This document shows positions 48,686-57,400 of a stretch of DNA of 64,000 nt, piece after piece. The stretch comes from a virus: positions 1 to 64,000 of the IMG/VR virus record IMGVR_UViG_3300035670_000028, one strand, 5' to 3'. A program made the translations under genes and the position numbers. The first letter of the stretch is position 1. The number at the start of each line of letters is the position of its first letter. The notes under the pieces are model-generated. The model was not told where the DNA came from. It searched no databases and saw only the letters and a list, made by a program, of their open reading frames with translations.

Positions 48686-51235
48686 ATGATCAAGTCGCCC
48701 GCATCGATACTGTTCGACATCAACGGCATTGCGACAGCAGTGTCCGCCTCGGACCAGCCAACGTCAGGCGCCCTGGGGCATGTGATGGCAGGCTTCGACG
48801 AGACGAAGTCGGTCAGGTACGCCTCATTCATCGGTGATGCCCTCAAGGTCGATGGCCTCGTGAATATCGCCTCGAGCGATTCGTTCTCGAGCGCAATCGT
48901 GGGCAGCAGGTACAACCAGCTGGAGATCGCCTACGATTCCACCGATCCTGACAGCATCGATAAGATAACTGTCACGAAATCGAACGGCGGCGATGCCATC
49001 AACTCAGGTGGCCAGGCTGTTTTCAGTACCTCAGTGGCCACGAACGGCGGGATCAAGGCAGTAACTGATGCCACCGTATCCTACCGCCCGCACGCTGAGG
49101 TGTACGCTGCCTTCACCTGCATATTCACGGCAGGGGTTGCTGATAGCTACCAGCGGATCGGCATCTACGATAGCAACAACGGATTCTTCATCGGATACGA
49201 GGGCACCTCGTTCGGAGTAACGATCCGCAAGGCAGGCTCCGATACAACCACCGCCCGCGCCTCCTTCAACCTGGATACTCTCACCGGCGCCTCGGACTCG
49301 AAGTACACCCGCGCTGGAGTTCCTGAAACCCTGGATCCCACGAAGGATAACCTCTACCGGATCAGGTACGGGTGGCTGGGCGCAGCACCGATCGTATTCG
49401 AGGTGCTATCACCGGATGGCGGCTGGGTGCCATTCCACATCATCAGGCACCCGAACACCAACGCTGCAACCACGATCAACGATCCTGACCTCCCGATCAC
49501 CCTGGATGCGCAGAAAACTGCAGGCGCCACCAACATCACAATGTCGACCGCCTGCTGGGCTGCTGGCACCACGAGCGATCTTGACCGAGTAACTGCCACG
49601 ATATCTGATGATACTCTGGCGAAGCTGACCAGATCTGTTATAGCCGGCCAAACAACCGGCGGCGGTGGCGGATACGTGAACGTGAAGGTTACGCCGAGCG
49701 GTGCCCTCACGGTAGAGATCGATGATGGCGGCGGCAGCATCACCGTGGATGGCGTGATCACTGGATCAGGTGATGTTGGCATCCTCAGGCAGGCGGCCAC
49801 CCGCGATCTCTTCATCACCGGCTCAGTGGGTATCACGGAGGCACACGGGGTATTCAGCGGCACCCTCCCATCCACCGGAATGCCGGCAGGGTTCTCCGAT
49901 GGCACCCTCATGCAGGCTGCACGGGTGTACGATCTGAACACCTCCACGGGATCGGCGAACGAGGAGCACGTGCTCGGTGTGAGCCTGCGCTCGAGCAGCG
50001 TTTCAGGATCCCAGGAGCTGGGCACGATCTCGAACCCGCTCATCACCTCACCCGGCCCATACGGGAAAACGGTTTTCGGTGAGGAGAGGGTTGCCCTCCC
50101 ATTCGCCCTCGCTGATCTTATCAACAAGTACGAGATCACTCCCACCGAGTACTCCACGCTAACGAGCTCGGTTGGCACTCCCACGATCCTGCACGTTCCG
50201 GATGAATCTGCCATCCGGCTAACTGTGGATGGCACATCCGGGAGCTTCGGCAGGCTCCGCACGAACACCTTCTACCGGTACCAATCCGGCAAGGGGCAGA
50301 ACATCAAGATGACCCTGTACCACGGTGATACAGGCGAATCTGATCAGGTGAGGCGGTGGGGCTACTTCGATGAGGGTGATGGCCTCTTCTTCCAGCTATC
50401 GGGCTCGAACCTGGGCGTAGTGGAGAGGAAATCCACCACTGGATCCCCCACCGAGCTGTTCTACTCCCAATCTGCCTGGAACGTGGATCCCCTAGATGGC
50501 ACCGGCCCGAGCGGGATCACCCTCGATATCACGAAGAGCCAGATATACGAGATCAGGTTCCAGTGGCTGGGCGTAGGATTCGTTGATTATTACATCAACG
50601 GATATCGGATCCACAATATCCAGCACGCGAACCTCGTTTCCGGCCCCTACATGAAAACAGGCCAGCTTCCACTATCCTGGGAGGTGGAGAACAACCTCTC
50701 ATCATCAGCAGGGAGCATGACAACAGTGTGCTCATCCGTTCTTTCTGAGAACGGAGAGCCACCCCCAGAGTTCAGCTTCGCCGCCTTCAACTCCACCCCT
50801 GTGAGCGTAACCACAACCGAGGTTCCGGTCCTGAGCATCCGCCCGAAGGCAACCTACAATGGGATAACGAACAGGATCATCACCCTCCCGAAGAAATCCG
50901 TGGTTTCCACTGAGGGCTCGCGCATATCCTACCGGATCCTGTACAATGCAACCCTCACCGGCGCCTCATGGGCATCCGTGGCATCCACATCCGGAACCGA
51001 GTTCGATGTATCTGCCTCTGCATTCACGGGCGGCGAAACACTGTTCTACGGGTTCCTTCCCAACAGCAATGATGCCGAGGGCGCTGAGCTGGAGAAGTAC
51101 TTCAGCATCCTGGCCAGGAAGCTGCGCCAGAACGCATTCGCCACAGGTGTTGATACCCTCACGATCGTGGCGAGGAACGAGGCTGCAGGTTCAACCTCAG
51201 TGCGCGCAGCACTGGTATTCACAGAGGTGCGGTGA
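48686..51235 (+). CDS. Large beta-rich virion protein with two related domains (fibre/receptor-binding-like)
   Basis: Duplicated R.G..D...G.F, .N.D.L.G and Y.I...WLG motifs. Confidence 0.65.
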   Translation: MIKSPASILFDINGIATAVSASDQPTSGALGHVMAGFDETKSVRYASFIGDALKVDGLVNIASSDSFSSAIVGSRYNQLEIAYDSTDPDSIDKITVTKSNGGDAINSGGQAVFSTSVATNGGIKAVTDATVSYRPHAEVYAAFTCIFTAGVADSYQRIGIYDSNNGFFIGYEGTSFGVTIRKAGSDTTTARASFNLDTLTGASDSKYTRAGVPETLDPTKDNLYRIRYGWLGAAPIVFEVLSPDGGWVPFHIIRHPNTNAATTINDPDLPITLDAQKTAGATNITMSTACWAAGTTSDLDRVTATISDDTLAKLTRSVIAGQTTGGGGGYVNVKVTPSGALTVEIDDGGGSITVDGVITGSGDVGILRQAATRDLFITGSVGITEAHGVFSGTLPSTGMPAGFSDGTLMQAARVYDLNTSTGSANEEHVLGVSLRSSSVSGSQELGTISNPLITSPGPYGKTVFGEERVALPFALADLINKYEITPTEYSTLTSSVGTPTILHVPDESAIRLTVDGTSGSFGRLRTNTFYRYQSGKGQNIKMTLYHGDTGESDQVRRWGYFDEGDGLFFQLSGSNLGVVERKSTTGSPTELFYSQSAWNVDPLDGTGPSGITLDITKSQIYEIRFQWLGVGFVDYYINGYRIHNIQHANLVSGPYMKTGQLPLSWEVENNLSSSAGSMTTVCSSVLSENGEPPPEFSFAAFNSTPVSVTTTEVPVLSIRPKATYNGITNRIITLPKKSVVSTEGSRISYRILYNATLTGASWASVASTSGTEFDVSASAFTGGETLFYGFLPNSNDAEGAELEKYFSILARKLRQNAFATGVDTLTIVARNEAAGSTSVRAALVFTEVR

Positions 51236-51648
51236 TGGCCACATTCGATACAGATAGGATAACCACAACCCGCCTCGATTCCTGGGCCGAGATCAGGAAG
51301 TACCTCGATGGCACGATCGCCTCACTCGCCTTCCAGTTCGATGATCGCGGGGATTTCTACACGATCATCACCGAGCCGTACGCAGGGATCACCCTGCAGT
51401 ACTCGATCAAGAAGGATGATGGGCCCGAGCAGAGCGATTTCGAGAACAACTACAAGGATCTGGCACCCCGCCGAACTGGAACCTTCGATGGGAACAGTAA
51501 TGCAACTCTGGTTACCAGCAATGGGCAGAGCGTGCAGATCGTTAACTCGCTCCGCCTCGAGCAGCTCCTATCCCAGGTGCTGCAGGAGCTGAAGAGGATG
51601 AATTCTCAGCTGCAGATAATTACAGATGAGGAAAACGATCTACTATAG
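51232..51648 (+). CDS. Hypothetical protein
   Basis: GTGA overlap; C-terminal coiled coil. Confidence 0.65.
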   Translation: MMATFDTDRITTTRLDSWAEIRKYLDGTIASLAFQFDDRGDFYTIITEPYAGITLQYSIKKDDGPEQSDFENNYKDLAPRRTGTFDGNSNATLVTSNGQSVQIVNSLRLEQLLSQVLQELKRMNSQLQIITDEENDLL

Positions 51649-51666
51649 AGCACTGGAGATGAACCG

Positions 51667-52242
51667 ATGAACTACATTCAGGATGGAACCGGCAAGGGCT
51701 ATCTCGCCGAGGTAACAGAGCACAATCAGCTTTCGATCGCAGGAATCGCAGATACGAGCTATGATGCTGCCTCCCAAACGGGGGAGAGCTTCAACGTGAA
51801 CACGGAGTTCGTTTCGATCACAGTTGGCACAGAAACCCCCCTGTTCTACTTCAAGAACAATGAATCGAATCCAGCAGTGATCGTGGGTTGGTTCATCGGA
51901 ATTGGGCTAGCCGGCGGCGCTGCCACCGAGAACGCGATCCTTCGAACGTATGCGAATCCCACTTCAGTTTCCGGTGGAGTTAGCCTAACAACCGTGAACA
52001 GAACGATCGGATCAGGCAGAACCTTCTCCTTCGATGCGAAGAAGCAGGATAGCGGAACTCCACTCACCGGCACACTGCCATCAACTCCGGTCCTGTACCA
52101 AACGCAAACGGCATCATCCCGCGTGTTCGGAAACGTGTACCTCACCGTTCCAAAGGGCAACTCGCTGATCGTTACGTGCCAGCTGAACGGTGCACAAACA
52201 GCGAACATTTACACAGGCTTCACCGGCTTCGTGGCAGGATGA
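51667..52242 (+). CDS. Virion-protein-like paralog 1
   Basis: N-terminal IQDGTGKGYLAEVTEHNQL. Confidence 0.65.
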   Translation: MNYIQDGTGKGYLAEVTEHNQLSIAGIADTSYDAASQTGESFNVNTEFVSITVGTETPLFYFKNNESNPAVIVGWFIGIGLAGGAATENAILRTYANPTSVSGGVSLTTVNRTIGSGRTFSFDAKKQDSGTPLTGTLPSTPVLYQTQTASSRVFGNVYLTVPKGNSLIVTCQLNGAQTANIYTGFTGFVAG

Positions 52243-52258
52243 GGAGAAGGAGCACACC

Positions 52259-52846
52259 ATGGCAAGAATAGAGGATGGCAGGGGCAAGGGATTCCAGGTA
52301 GCTGTTGATTCCACCAACCGGTTGGAGGTTCACGCTGCCACTGTTGATGAGGAGAGAGTTGCAACCATCGATGGTGAGGCATGGCAGTTTGGCAGTGCCA
52401 CGGTTGCCTTCACGGCAGCAACAGCATCCGCGATCCTGTTCGTGAAGAACACCGATACAAGAGATATGGTTATCGATCGCCTCCGCCTGCACCTAGGCAC
52501 GGTCACGGGAGGCACCGGAGATTGGACACTGGGAATCGTTAGGAATCCCACCGCGGGAACCCTAGTTTCTGCCGGCACTGTGATCACGCCCACGAACATC
52601 AACCACGGATCATCGAAGGAGCCAACCGGCACGTTCCTCCGCGGAGTGCAGGGCTCAACCCTCACTGATGGCACCACCTCATCATTCCCGATCAAGTCAT
52701 CGGGAGATGGAATCATCATCTTCCCGTTCGGCAGGATCCTGCCAACAGGTGCCTCGATCGGGATCAGCGTGACCCCACCAACAGGCACCACCGCAGCGAA
52801 CGCGGTGGCAGTTCTGAGGGGCTACTACCCAGCTGCAGATGTGTGA
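52259..52846 (+). CDS. Virion-protein-like paralog 2
   Basis: IEDGRGKGFQVAVDSTNRL; AAGGAG RBS. Confidence 0.65.
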   Translation: MARIEDGRGKGFQVAVDSTNRLEVHAATVDEERVATIDGEAWQFGSATVAFTAATASAILFVKNTDTRDMVIDRLRLHLGTVTGGTGDWTLGIVRNPTAGTLVSAGTVITPTNINHGSSKEPTGTFLRGVQGSTLTDGTTSSFPIKSSGDGIIIFPFGRILPTGASIGISVTPPTGTTAANAVAVLRGYYPAADV

Positions 52847-52860
52847 GGGCGTGAGGGCAG

Positions 52861-53490
52861 ATGATTAAGAACCTCATAGTAGATGGAGAGGGCTCCGGGA
52901 GGATCGCCGCTGTAACCCCCCAGAATGCCCTCAAGGTCCTGCCCCTGCCCACCACATCCCGCGGATTCACGGCGCGCGAGCTCGCCAGCCTGCGCATATA
53001 CCGAGAGTTCCTCAGCAACACAGCCGGCTCCACCGAGATGGCAGTGGATGGCTCGGTCACGAACGTGGAGTTCAGAATTGTTGCTGCCAGCACCCAAACG
53101 AAGTGGATCAAGCAGCTCAGGTTCACCCTCGAGGATGCGAACATGGAGCTCACCACATCAGATTTCCGTAGGTTCGGAGCAGCAACTGCAACGAACACGC
53201 CCCTCACCAATGGGATCCAGATCGAGGCAGTGCAGGGAGGAATACTCACCAATATTGCTGCCGAGCCGATCACCGTTCTCGGAGACTTCCTCAACTACGC
53301 GGATGCCTACCTCAACTTCTCGAACGCGATCTCCACGAACGAGGATTTCGTGCTCTTCGACTTCGACTTCATGACTCCAGTTGTGCTCGTGCCAGGAAGC
53401 AACGATTACATAGCAGTTCGCATAAGGGACAACCTCACCGCAGTGAACACGTTCAGGTGCCTCGGAAGGGGGATCGCGGAGATTCTATGA
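52861..53490 (+). CDS. Virion-protein-like paralog 3
   Basis: IVDGEGSGRIAAVTPQNAL. Confidence 0.65.
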   Translation: MIKNLIVDGEGSGRIAAVTPQNALKVLPLPTTSRGFTARELASLRIYREFLSNTAGSTEMAVDGSVTNVEFRIVAASTQTKWIKQLRFTLEDANMELTTSDFRRFGAATATNTPLTNGIQIEAVQGGILTNIAAEPITVLGDFLNYADAYLNFSNAISTNEDFVLFDFDFMTPVVLVPGSNDYIAVRIRDNLTAVNTFRCLGRGIAEIL

Positions 53491-53930
53491 TAACAGGAAC
53501 GATCGTAAGCGGCCCCAGGGCAGCAGATGGCTCACAGGTGGTCACCACCACACCCTACGCGTACTCCAACGAGAGGACGAAGTTCTCCGGGCACTTCTAC
53601 ACCTGCCCACCTGGAACATCACAGCACTCAACAGCCACACCGGGAGTGATCCGGCTCCAGGGAGGAACCTACTGGGCCCGGGGCGCCACAGCGGGAGACA
53701 GGGTTACATTCGAGGTGGTGGATGCCGACAATGTCCTGGGCGGAGGGGCGGGAGCTGTTGTCAGCCAGTACGTGAGCGAGCTTCCTGTTGCCCCCTGGGA
53801 CCACCACATCGAGGTGTCATCGCCGAACGCCGGCACGGTTCCCGCTGGCCTCTACCTGCGGATCACGTACGTGAACACCGGCGCGAGTGACGTCCAGTTC
53901 GGTGTGACTTATCGCTGGTATCAGCAGTGA
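53487..53930 (+). CDS. Hypothetical protein
   Basis: ATGA overlap; beta-rich. Confidence 0.6.
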   Translation: MITGTIVSGPRAADGSQVVTTTPYAYSNERTKFSGHFYTCPPGTSQHSTATPGVIRLQGGTYWARGATAGDRVTFEVVDADNVLGGGAGAVVSQYVSELPVAPWDHHIEVSSPNAGTVPAGLYLRITYVNTGASDVQFGVTYRWYQQ

Positions 53931-53938
53931 GGCCTGCT

Positions 53939-53966
53939 TGAACATTCACTGCCCCGCGTCTATACA
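53939..53966 (+). promoter_or_regulatory. Sigma70-like promoter (TGAACA-N16-TATACA), apparently leaderless
   Basis: ATG at 53973 lies 6 nt after the -10 box. Confidence 0.5.
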
Positions 53967-53972
53967 TGGGGC

Positions 53973-54434
53973 ATGGACCAACCCAGCAGTTGGACTCCGC
54001 CTCGCTCACCGCACGGCCTCCTCCAGGAGGACCTGTGGCCCAATGAGTGGCGGATCCTCGTTGCATGCCTCATGCTCAACCTCACCACCCGCAAGCAGGT
54101 CGACGGTGTGATCCACGAGTTCTTTCGGCGGTGGCCCGATCCGGGATCCCTGGCGGCCGCAGATTTGAACGAGCTCGAGGGGCTGATCAAACCCCTAGGG
54201 ATGTGGCGAAAGCGGTCACAGACGCTGCTCAGATTCAACCGGGAGTATATGGCAGGAGGCTGGTCGACCGCCCGGGACCTCCACGGCTGCGGAAAGTACG
54301 CCGATGACTGCTGGCGGATATTCTGCCGCGGTGACTGGCGCGCCGTGCAGCCCCAGGACCACATGCTCAACAAGTACCACGATCACCTCGCCAGGACCCT
54401 TGGCGAGACCAATAACAACGCAACAATGGAGTAG
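53973..54434 (+). CDS. MBD4-like HhH mismatch DNA glycosylase
   Basis: WTPPRSP..L.QE, LN.T, KPLG, LHG.GKY..D..RIFC...W..V.P.DH.LNKYHD match the MBD4 glycosylase domain; catalytic Asp retained. Confidence 0.9.
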   Translation: MDQPSSWTPPRSPHGLLQEDLWPNEWRILVACLMLNLTTRKQVDGVIHEFFRRWPDPGSLAAADLNELEGLIKPLGMWRKRSQTLLRFNREYMAGGWSTARDLHGCGKYADDCWRIFCRGDWRAVQPQDHMLNKYHDHLARTLGETNNNATME

Positions 54435-54438
54435 ACGA

Positions 54439-54909
54439 ATGATTGCATTTCTCAAGTGGCTCAACAAGTACGAGATGCCTGTTCACTTTCTTGTGATGAT
54501 CTCTGTTTTCTATGGCATCTCTCTAGGCATCACAGCTGCAACAGCTCCCTCAGCCGTGGAGGCGCTCGTTGTCTCCTTCACTGCAGGAATGCTGCTTGTC
54601 GTGATCGGCGCTCTGTCGTTTAAGGTCGCGACCCTTTTCACCGACGCGATCAAGAATGCCGTCGCCCGAGCCACGCTGGAGCAGATGAGGGAGAGCCTTC
54701 CTCCGGCGGAGCTGCTCACAAAGGAGAAGATTGTGGACTACACAAGCAGCAATGTGATGATTGTCAAGAACGTGCCCGACGAGCTGAAGGAGGCTGTGGC
54801 AAACCTCAACGCGGCAGCCTCTGCTGATGCAACCGAGGTCGCACCGATCCCGCCCGTTGAGAAGAAGAAGCGCGCGCCCCGTTCCAAGTCCATCAAGAAG
54901 GAGGGCTGA
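54439..54909 (+). CDS. Membrane protein (two TM helices, basic tail)
   Basis: Two hydrophobic stretches at the N-terminus. Confidence 0.65.
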   Translation: MIAFLKWLNKYEMPVHFLVMISVFYGISLGITAATAPSAVEALVVSFTAGMLLVVIGALSFKVATLFTDAIKNAVARATLEQMRESLPPAELLTKEKIVDYTSSNVMIVKNVPDELKEAVANLNAAASADATEVAPIPPVEKKKRAPRSKSIKKEG

Positions 54910-54910
54910 G

Positions 54911-55717
54911 GTGCCCGAAGGCAGCGAAGTCAAGCTGTTCGGAGAGTCCCTCGCGAAGGTTGTGTCTGGAAAGGACATTACTTCTGTTGATGTGATCTCC
55001 GGGCGGTACGCGAAGAGCGATGTTGAGGGTCTGGACCTGCTTAAGGCTCGACTTCCGACGAAGGTGGTGGGAATTGGAGTGCACGGCAAGTTCCTGTACT
55101 GGATTGTCACCAACGACGTCTTCATCTACAACACGCTGGGCATGACTGGCAGCTGGTCGACCCAGGAGACGAAGCACTCGCGCGTGGTGTTCCAGCTGAG
55201 TGACGGCGTGAGCGTCTACTTCAACGATCAGAGGAACTTTGGCACGCTCAAGATGGTTCCAGGACGAGACGAGCTCGTGAAGAAGCTGAAGTCGCTGGGC
55301 CCTGATATGCTCTCTGAGGCCGTTTCGGACGCGAGGTTCACAGAGAGCCTCATGAAGCGCCCAGAGTGGACGCTGGCAGAGGCAGTGATGGACCAGAGCC
55401 TGATCTCCGGCGTGGGCAACTACGTCAAGGCGGAGTCCCTCTACAGAGCACAGCTCTCTCCGCACAGGCAGGTGCAGTCGCTCTCGCCCACTGACATGTC
55501 CCGACTGCGCCAGAGCATTCAGCTCGTCCTCAACGAGGCGTACAGGAGGGGAGGTGCCTCGATTCAGACCTACCGTGACTTCGAGGGCAATGAGGGCGAA
55601 TACACCCAGAGGTTCCTCGTCTATAATAGGGACCAAGATCCAAACGGCAATAGTGTCGTGCGTGAGAAGACAGCAGACGGCAGGACCACGCACTGGGTTC
55701 CTGCAGTTCAAAAGTGA
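54911..55717 (+). CDS. Fpg/Nei-family DNA glycosylase (zincless finger type)
   Basis: N-terminal PEGSEV, HGKF, LGMTG, DQRNFG, LGPD, H2TH SGVGNY; C-terminal GRTTHWVPAVQ without Cys4. Confidence 0.9.
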   Translation: MPEGSEVKLFGESLAKVVSGKDITSVDVISGRYAKSDVEGLDLLKARLPTKVVGIGVHGKFLYWIVTNDVFIYNTLGMTGSWSTQETKHSRVVFQLSDGVSVYFNDQRNFGTLKMVPGRDELVKKLKSLGPDMLSEAVSDARFTESLMKRPEWTLAEAVMDQSLISGVGNYVKAESLYRAQLSPHRQVQSLSPTDMSRLRQSIQLVLNEAYRRGGASIQTYRDFEGNEGEYTQRFLVYNRDQDPNGNSVVREKTADGRTTHWVPAVQK

Positions 55718-55723
55718 GGCAAT

Positions 55724-55987
55724 ATGGAAAACGAGACCACATACACATTCTCCCCCGAGCTGCTCGCCACTGTGGCACAGCTCCTTCAGCTGGCGATCCT
55801 CACAGGCACTGACCTGTATGATCACCTCCAGACCCTACAGATGGTTGTCCAGGACGGAAAGCTGCACGTGAGCGCGGAGTTCAAGCAGAAGCTGGCCGAA
55901 GAGATCACTCGTCTCACGTCCCAGGCTGAGTCCTTGGCAACGCAGCAGCTCTCCTTTGGCTTCAAGCTCGACCAGAGCGGCAACTGA
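55724..55987 (+). CDS. Hypothetical protein
   Basis: GAGG RBS; located within the operon. Confidence 0.65.
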   Translation: MENETTYTFSPELLATVAQLLQLAILTGTDLYDHLQTLQMVVQDGKLHVSAEFKQKLAEEITRLTSQAESLATQQLSFGFKLDQSGN

Positions 55988-55995
55988 GGCGACAA

Positions 55996-56376
55996 ATGGA
56001 GTCGGATGATAAGCTTCGACACATGTTTGAGCTGCGTGAGCAGTTCATGCGTGCACTAAAGTCTCAGAAGTCGAGCATCTACCCAAAGTGGCCTGTCGAC
56101 CTCGCCGACAAGAAGTCACAGCAGGCCATTCGGGACACCGCGCTGAAGGGCGTCGAGGAGGTGTTCGAGGCGATGCAGCACTGCAAGAACTGGAAGCCCC
56201 ACCGGGTGACCGAGGATCGATCATTCGATCGTGAGAAGTTCCTCGAGGAGATGGTGGACGCCTTCAACTACTTCTTCTCCGTGCTCGTTCTCACTGGAGT
56301 GACCGCAGATGAGCTCCACGAGGCCTACGTCGAGAAGGATAGGATCATCCACGAGCGCCTGAAGTCGGGGTACTGA
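55996..56376 (+). CDS. All-alpha NTP pyrophosphatase (dimeric dUTPase/MazG-like)
   Basis: EEVFEA..NWKPH..FLEEMVDAFNY. Confidence 0.75.
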   Translation: MESDDKLRHMFELREQFMRALKSQKSSIYPKWPVDLADKKSQQAIRDTALKGVEEVFEAMQHCKNWKPHRVTEDRSFDREKFLEEMVDAFNYFFSVLVLTGVTADELHEAYVEKDRIIHERLKSGY

Positions 56377-57329
56377 TGTCGTTCGAGACAATCTCAGGTG
56401 CCCTCACGCGCCAGAGGGCCTACTCTGACAAATTCTTCGAGCCCGGAGGCCTCTCTGTCAAGGAGAAGGAGGAGATCACAAAGACCTTCGCCCTCTCCTT
56501 GCACACCGAGGTCTCCGAGATCGCATCCGCGGTCAATTTTAAGGACCACCGGCGCGTCCAGGAGCCTGTCGACCACAATAAACTGCTGTACAAGTCTGTG
56601 GACGCCTTCAGGTACGTGCTCGCCCTGCTCAACCTGTGGGAAATTGACTCCCAGACCTTCATTCAGGCCTGCGAGGACAAGGACCTGTACCTCAACCGAC
56701 GCCACCTTGAGTCGGAGAGGACCCGCGGCGACCGTCCTGTTGTCATTTTTGACGCCGACGACGTGATCGCTGAGTTCCGGGCAGCATTTTTCGAGTGGCT
56801 GGACCAAAAGTGGGGCATTAAGGCTGACATTAACGACAAGCAGTACTACAGCGCAGCTGAGATGCAGAAGGGCGGAGTCGACTCTGAGACCGCGTTCAGC
56901 ACTTTCATCGCAGACGGGGGCTTTAGGACGCTCGGAGTCAATGGCCACGCCTTCGAGGCGATGCGAATGTGTCAGGAGGCGGGATTTTGGGTCCAGATTC
57001 TCACCGCGAGGCCCTCTGGGAACCTGAAGTGCTTCTACGACACTCACCGATGGCTCCACGAGGCCAAAATTCCCTACGACAGCGTCGCTTTCTCACCAGA
57101 GAAGTACTTGTGGCTCGTCGGACAGGACTTTTACTCAAAAAAGCAGCTCGTCTGCGTCGTGGATGACTCCTCCAAGCACGCGTCTGAGTTCGCCAAGCAC
57201 GGAGTGCCCGTAATTGTGCCCGTTAAGTCCTACAATGAGGACACGCAGGGCATTAAGGGCATCACTCGAGTGGACTTCTCACACGTCGGTGGCCGCGGGC
57301 TGTTCGACCTGATCAGAAGTCACGCCTGA
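56376..57329 (+). CDS. Degenerate MazG-like domain fused to a HAD 5'-nucleotidase-like domain
   Basis: N-terminal EVSEI..NFKDH..VDAFRY; HAD motifs FDADDV, LTARP, K, VVDDS. Confidence 0.7.
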   Translation: MSFETISGALTRQRAYSDKFFEPGGLSVKEKEEITKTFALSLHTEVSEIASAVNFKDHRRVQEPVDHNKLLYKSVDAFRYVLALLNLWEIDSQTFIQACEDKDLYLNRRHLESERTRGDRPVVIFDADDVIAEFRAAFFEWLDQKWGIKADINDKQYYSAAEMQKGGVDSETAFSTFIADGGFRTLGVNGHAFEAMRMCQEAGFWVQILTARPSGNLKCFYDTHRWLHEAKIPYDSVAFSPEKYLWLVGQDFYSKKQLVCVVDDSSKHASEFAKHGVPVIVPVKSYNEDTQGIKGITRVDFSHVGGRGLFDLIRSHA

Positions 57330-57341
57330 GTCCCGTTTCAC

Positions 57342-57369
57342 TGTACATTGTCGCCTAGATTGTTAGATT
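57342..57369 (+). promoter_or_regulatory. Sigma70-like promoter (TGTACA-N16-TAGATT)
   Basis: Upstream of the thyX-like gene. Confidence 0.5.
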
Positions 57370-57400
57370 TGACTGCCTCTCACGAAGGAAGGAATGTAGA

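Larger units (their letters stand above)
48974..53283. other. GWC (GAC/GTC)-depleted tract A
   Basis: About 16 GAC/GTC in 4.3 kb by eye, none between 50831 and 52089, versus about 12 in 48661-48860. Confidence 0.85.

Noticed and set aside
39211-55717. Eukaryotic giant-virus origin, suggested by eukaryote-like RNR, MBD4 and Nei
   Set aside because: Contractile tail genes, SD sequences, overlapping operons and gp32/RecA point to a bacteriophage.
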